From positions 5,190,001-5,222,000 of the forward strand of contig OZ245049.1 of assembly GCA_965224465.1 (NCBI GenBank): a DNA stretch of 32,000 nucleotides, given 5' to 3'. Positions 27,826-32,000 of this stretch are shown here, piece after piece. The notes beneath the pieces are model-generated. The model saw only the letters and a program-made list of their open reading frames with translations, made no database searches and was not told the origin of the DNA. The position numbers and the translations under genes are program-made. Numbering within the stretch: position 1 is the first letter of the stretch; every line of letters starts with the position of its first letter. The stretch comes from Flavobacteriaceae bacterium. GTDB lineage: Bacteria > Bacteroidota > Bacteroidia > Flavobacteriales > Flavobacteriaceae.

Positions 27826-27861
27826 AAAAAAGCGAAGTTTAAAAGACTTCGCTTTTTTTTT
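27826..27861 (+). terminator. intrinsic terminator after recQ
   Basis: gcgaagt (27832-27838) pairs with acttcgc (27846-27852). An A-run precedes it and a T9 run follows. Confidence 0.8.
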
Positions 27862-28030
27862 GATATTATTTATCGATTTTAAATGAAAATATAAACGCCT
27901 AATGACTGTTTTGTTATTTTTTTGATAAATCGACTTTTTATTAAAAATAGTGCTTTTTACGATACGATTATTTACTTTTTCTCAAGTACATTTATAAAAG
28001 AATTTTAACCTAATTTTAAGAGTACGTATC

Positions 28031-29215
28031 ATGAATATGAAAAGTATTAAATCGTTAAAAGAAACAAGTTTTTTAAGAGAAAGACAATATGAAGCCGTTG
28101 GGTTTTTAGTCATGTTTTTTGGTGTATTTAGTTATATTGGACATAATATGGGAGTCGCTAATATGCTGAATACCATCATGAATACAGCCTGGGATTTATT
28201 GATGAATACGGTGTTCTATATTATGGGGATAACGGTGTTGTCTGGTGCGCTGGGGCGTTTATTGATAGAATTTGGTGTGGTGAGATTACTCGAGAAAATA
28301 TTAGCGCCTTTAATGCGTCCGTTATTTAATTTACCGGGTGTTGCTTCCTTGGCGGGTGTGTTGACTTTTTTATCGGATAACCCAGCTATTATAAGTTTGG
28401 CACATGATAAAAATTTTAGTAAATATTTTAAGAAATATGAACTTATTTCGTTGACGAATTTCGGTACCGCTTTTGGTATGGGTTTAATTGTTATGACCTT
28501 TATGTCTACCTTACAAATACCGGGCAACGATGAAAATATGTTTATTCCTGCACTGATTGGATTGTTTGGAGCGTTGATTGGTGCTATTGTATCTACTAGA
28601 TTGATGCAATATTTTATCAAAGGAAAAATAAAACCAAGAAAAGAGGATGATCTGGAAGGGGCGAACGAGAAAATTAGTTTCAAATCCGAAGGAGGTGCTT
28701 TTATCCGTTTTTTGAATGCGATTCTTGATGGAGGTAAATCGGGAGTAGATCTAGGTTTGGCAATTATCCCAGGCGTGTTGATTATTTCTACATTTATTAT
28801 GATGCTTACATTTGGACCAAAAGATGCTGCTATTGGTTATCAGGGGTTGGCGTATGAAGGAGTCACATTGTTGCCGCAATTAGCAGATAAAGTTTGGTGG
28901 ATATTTGAAGGTTTATTTGGTTTTGAGCATCCAGAATTAATTGCTTTTCCTATTACATCTCTTGGTGCAGTTGGTGCCGCATTGTCTTTGGTAAAAGCAT
29001 TTATTGCTCAAGGAATTGTAGATGGTAATGTGATTGCCGTTTTTACAGCAATGGGTATGTGTTGGAGTGGTTACTTGAGCACTCATACTGCAATGTTAGA
29101 TACGTTAGGATATCGTGAGTTGACTACAAAGGCATTGTTGTCTCATAGTATTGGAGGTGTTGTCGCAGGTACTTGTGCGCATTATGTGTACGTGTTGGTA
29201 ATGATGCTGATTTAA
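28031..29215 (+). CDS. multi-pass membrane protein, nucleoside-recognition (Gate) domain-like; function unknown
   Basis: 394 aa, highly hydrophobic throughout. The segment LMRPLFNLPGVASLAGVLTFLSDNPA resembles the Gate-domain motif of YjiH/SpmA-type proteins; this assignment is from memory only. Confidence 0.6.
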   Translation: MNMKSIKSLKETSFLRERQYEAVGFLVMFFGVFSYIGHNMGVANMLNTIMNTAWDLLMNTVFYIMGITVLSGALGRLLIEFGVVRLLEKILAPLMRPLFNLPGVASLAGVLTFLSDNPAIISLAHDKNFSKYFKKYELISLTNFGTAFGMGLIVMTFMSTLQIPGNDENMFIPALIGLFGALIGAIVSTRLMQYFIKGKIKPRKEDDLEGANEKISFKSEGGAFIRFLNAILDGGKSGVDLGLAIIPGVLIISTFIMMLTFGPKDAAIGYQGLAYEGVTLLPQLADKVWWIFEGLFGFEHPELIAFPITSLGAVGAALSLVKAFIAQGIVDGNVIAVFTAMGMCWSGYLSTHTAMLDTLGYRELTTKALLSHSIGGVVAGTCAHYVYVLVMMLI

Positions 29216-29311
29216 TCGAAGGCTAAAAAGTGTGGTATTGTTCTGTTTTTTAATCCTAAATAATTTAGGACAGCATTTGTTGTAGCCAATAGATGAAAAG
29301 TGTTCATGTTT

Positions 29312-29472
29312 ATACCAAATACATTTCTAAGTGACGGTTTATAAATGGAATTATTTTTTGTTTTAGCTAGGCGAAAAATGGATGGATAGTCTTAGCTAGT
29401 ATTCTGTTTTTTAACAACGCTAGAACGTAAATTAAACTATTTATATCGGTTATTTTGAGTTTTAATTGGTGT
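29312..29472 (+). repeat. repeat family, full copy F
   Basis: ataccaaatacatttctaagtgacggtttataaatggaattattttttgttttagctaggcgaaaaatggatgg...aaactatttatatcggttattttgagttttaattggtgt. Confidence 0.9.
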
Positions 29473-29718
29473 TAATCCCTTATTGAGTGAGGGTATTTCC
29501 TGGAGTTATGGGGCTAAATGGAAACGAGTCTTTTGAAAGTGTATCTCCTGCCTTGGGGAGAGGCTGTTGATAGGTGTTGAATTGATTTTATGAGATGAAT
29601 GCTAGATATATCAGTTTTAAAATTCAAATTATTTTCACAAAATAAACAGTCAGTTTGGTGTGTAAACCGCTAAAAAAAGAATGGTTTTATGCTGTTTGTT
29701 GACCTTTGTAGAAATATG

Positions 29719-30108
29719 TTAACTTAGAAAATCAGTAATTAATTTTTCGTCAATATTAAAATAATTTGCCGCGGCTTTTACGGTGTCAAATGTTAAGGCA
29801 TTCGTGAAATTAAATTTTTTGATATAGATGAGGTACAATTTTTTTGTTTCTTCTCTTTCTATGATAAAACCTTTTGTTTGACTCGGAACGTTTTTTATGT
29901 GGATTCCATTTAAGAATGTCATAAATTCCCTTTTTTCAATGTCTATTTTAGAGAACCTAAAATCATTTAAAATACGAAAATCTGGATATTGATCATTTAA
30001 TTGCATGGTCCTAATAATTATTTGTTGAAATTCGATAAGGTCAATAGTTCCTCTGAATTTTTTTACAATGATTTTTTCATCATTAAATATTTTAAATTGA
30101 TATGGCAT
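29719..30108 (-). CDS. hypothetical protein, 129 aa, no motif recognised
   Basis: Clean ATG-to-stop ORF that stands alone between long non-coding stretches. Its composition resembles neighbouring genes. Neither coding status nor function could be verified. Confidence 0.5.
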   Translation of the reverse strand: MPYQFKIFNDEKIIVKKFRGTIDLIEFQQIIIRTMQLNDQYPDFRILNDFRFSKIDIEKREFMTFLNGIHIKNVPSQTKGFIIEREETKKLYLIYIKKFNFTNALTFDTVKAAANYFNIDEKLITDFLS

Positions 30109-30294
30109 AATGAACGATTTACTTTAAGCGATATGAAATTGGAATATAAGTGAAATAATGTAGGGAAACAAATATGTGTTTTTAGCTGTGTTGGTTATAG
30201 ATATTTGTTTTCTGTATTCCAGAAAAATCACACCAGAATAAAAGGGGTAGAAGGAAGTTTTGAAACTGGTTTTTTTAATGAGATTTGTGGTTTC

Positions 30295-30335
30295 AAAAAA
30301 AGAGCTGAATCACATAAATGATTCAGCTCTTTTTT
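30295..30335 (-). terminator. intrinsic terminator after lpdA (palindromic, bidirectional in form)
   Basis: 12-bp perfect stem: agagctgaatca (30301-30312) with tgattcagctct (30319-30330), with an A6 run and a T5 run flanking. Confidence 0.85.
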
Positions 30336-30372
30336 GTTTATTTATTAGCGGTAATAAAGAAGGGGCACTTTT

Positions 30373-31761
30373 TTACAAGTGTATCACTTCGTCATAAGCA
30401 TCTGCTACAGCTTCCATTACAGCTTCACTCATTGTTGGGTGTGGATGGATGGTTTTTAAGACATCGTGTCCAGTAGTTTCTAACTTACGTCCTAAAACGG
30501 CTTCCGCAATCATGTCGGTAACTCCTGCTCCAATCATATGACAACCTAACCATTCACCATATTTGGCGTCAAAAATAACTTTTACAAAACCTTCAGGTGT
30601 TCCTGCTGCTTTTGCTTTTCCTGATGCAGAGAACGGAAATTTACCTACTTTTATTTCGTATCCTTTTTCTATTGCTTGGGCTTCTGTCATTCCCACACTT
30701 GCAATTTCGGGAGTGGCATATGTACATCCAGGGATGTTTCCATAGTCTATAGCTTCAGTGTCTAAACCAGCTAGTTTTTCTACACAAGTAATTCCTTCTG
30801 CTGACGCAACGTGAGCCAATGCTGGTCCAGGTACAACATCACCTATAGCGTAATAACCAGGGATGTTTGTTTGCATAAAGTCGTTGACTAATATTTTATC
30901 TCTGTCAACAACAATTCCAACATCTTCCAAACCAATGTTTTCAATGTTAGATTTGATACCTACTGCTGATAATAGGATGTCAGCTTCTAATATTTCTGTT
31001 CCTTTTTTTGTTTTTACAGTTGCTTTTACACCTTTTCCAGAAATATCAACAGACTCAACAGATGAATTTAACATCACCTTGATTCCCGATTTCTTGAAAG
31101 AACGTGCAAATTGTTTTGATATGTCAATATCTTCAACAGGTACTAAATTAGGTAAGAACTCTACAATAGTAACCTCTGTACCCATTGTATTGTAAAAATG
31201 AGCGAACTCAACACCAATAGCTCCTGAACCTACAATAATCATCTTTTTTGGTTGGCTTGGCAAAGTCAATGCTTCTCGGTAACCGATTACTTTTTTACCG
31301 TCTTGTGGTAAATTTGGTAATTCACGAGAGCGAGCACCAGTAGCAATAATAATAGTGTCAGCACTGTATTCTGTAACCTTCCCATCAGCATCTGTTACGT
31401 CTACTTTTTTTCCTGTTTTTATTTTCCCAAAACCGTCAATAATATCGATGTTGTTTTTCTTCATTAAAAAGGCAACACCTTTACTCATTCCATCAGCAAC
31501 ATCTCTACTGCGTTTTACAACGGCATTAAAATCTTTGTCTATGGCTTCCGCCTTTAAACCATATTGGTCTACATGCTTTAAATAATCATACACTTGAGCA
31601 CTTTTTAAAAGTGCTTTGGTAGGGATACATCCCCAGTTTAGGCAAATTCCACCTAGATTTTCTTTTTCAACTACGGCTACTTTAAATCCTAGTTGAGAAG
31701 CTCTAATCGCTGTAACATAGCCTCCGGGACCACTACCAATTATAATGATATCATATTTCAT
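30373..31761 (-). CDS. lpdA: dihydrolipoyl dehydrogenase (E3 component)
   Basis: 462 aa. IIIIGSGPGGY FAD motif, redox-active GGICLNWGCIPTK, and C-terminal HPHPTMSE. Confidence 0.95.
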   Translation of the reverse strand: MKYDIIIIGSGPGGYVTAIRASQLGFKVAVVEKENLGGICLNWGCIPTKALLKSAQVYDYLKHVDQYGLKAEAIDKDFNAVVKRSRDVADGMSKGVAFLMKKNNIDIIDGFGKIKTGKKVDVTDADGKVTEYSADTIIIATGARSRELPNLPQDGKKVIGYREALTLPSQPKKMIIVGSGAIGVEFAHFYNTMGTEVTIVEFLPNLVPVEDIDISKQFARSFKKSGIKVMLNSSVESVDISGKGVKATVKTKKGTEILEADILLSAVGIKSNIENIGLEDVGIVVDRDKILVNDFMQTNIPGYYAIGDVVPGPALAHVASAEGITCVEKLAGLDTEAIDYGNIPGCTYATPEIASVGMTEAQAIEKGYEIKVGKFPFSASGKAKAAGTPEGFVKVIFDAKYGEWLGCHMIGAGVTDMIAEAVLGRKLETTGHDVLKTIHPHPTMSEAVMEAVADAYDEVIHL

Positions 31762-31789
31762 AAAAAAAAGAATTTTTAATTTAAGTAGG

Positions 31790-31797
31790 CAAATTTA
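31790..31797 (-). promoter_or_regulatory. Bacteroidetes-type -7 box (TAaaTTTG on the minus strand) upstream of lpdA
   Basis: CAAAttTA on the + strand, 29 nt upstream of the lpdA start codon. Confidence 0.4.
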
Positions 31798-32000
31798 CGT
31801 AGAAGATTTTTAATAGCCATGATATAACAGTTAATCTCTAAAATGTAATTACGAAAACATAATAGTTTGCTTAAAATTCCTTATTATTGTAAGTGTAACT
31901 GACGTACAAAAGTTCCTTTTAATGGATGTATCTTTTTAATTTTTAAAATTTTTAATTTTCATGAAAACACTCCATCTTTTAACCTGCTTAATTTTACTTA

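Noticed and set aside
2219-29472. Whether the recurring ~160-nt repeats could be a CRISPR array or another regularly spaced repeat array.
   Set aside because: The copies are far too long, are kilobases apart at irregular spacing, and are separated by housekeeping genes. No cas genes are present in the window.
31961-32000. ATG at 31961 followed by a hydrophobic MKTLHLLTCLILL... run to the window edge, a possible start of a secreted protein gene on the + strand.
   Set aside because: Only 13 codons are visible, which is too little to support a CDS call.
1-32000. Search for rRNA, tRNA, tmRNA, riboswitch-like leaders, IS elements or transposases, integrases, phage genes, toxin-antitoxin pairs or defence genes.
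   Set aside because: No tRNA-like T-arm or acceptor pattern and no rRNA-like stretch was noticed in the spacers. Every ORF above ~120 aa except one has a housekeeping family assignment. Detection by eye is imperfect, so tRNAscan, Infernal and defence-system scans would be needed to confirm absence.

Overview
AT-rich chromosomal segment that reads like core genome of a Flavobacteriia/Bacteroidota organism; the taxon is inferred from gene content and TAnnTTTG-type -7 promoter boxes. I call 26 protein-coding genes on both strands, nearly all housekeeping: aconitase 3' part, Crp/Fnr regulator, duplicated-domain lipoprotein, TlpA-like thioredoxin, class-III aminotransferase, OstA/LptA-like protein, purA, fur-family, relA/spoT, NlpC/P60, TrmH, DUF3810, aroQ, small OMP, formimidoyltransferase-cyclodeaminase, UDP-sugar epimerase, DUF4105, alpha/beta hydrolase, pssA, lptB, tatC, kpsF, recQ, Gate-domain membrane protein, one orphan 129-aa ORF and lpdA. 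Several clean hairpin+T-run terminators are visible. I saw no rRNA, tRNA, CRISPR array, transposase, phage or recognisable defence genes, and I did not find a novel multi-gene protein system. What the gene map does not explain is a family of ~160-nt non-coding, strongly structured repeats with imperfect terminal inverted repeats. It occupies most of the long intergenic spacers: 5 loci, with 4 full copies plus truncated, internally deleted and nested derivatives, about 1 kb in total. All copies lie in the same orientation, and most sit between a stop codon and the next terminator of a co-oriented gene. At one locus a termini-only mini-copy lies inside another copy, which argues for mobility (MITE-like). 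The orientation bias and wobble-type stem substitutions leave room for an RNA- or ssDNA-level role. Smaller items are a 23-nt exact palindromic motif present twice, a perfect 16-bp CRP-geometry palindrome at about -40 of the promoter next to the Crp/Fnr gene, interleaved inverted repeats in the tatC-lptB spacer, and a 1-kb gene-free spacer. All calls rest on reading the sequence and on remembered family motifs; no database search was possible.
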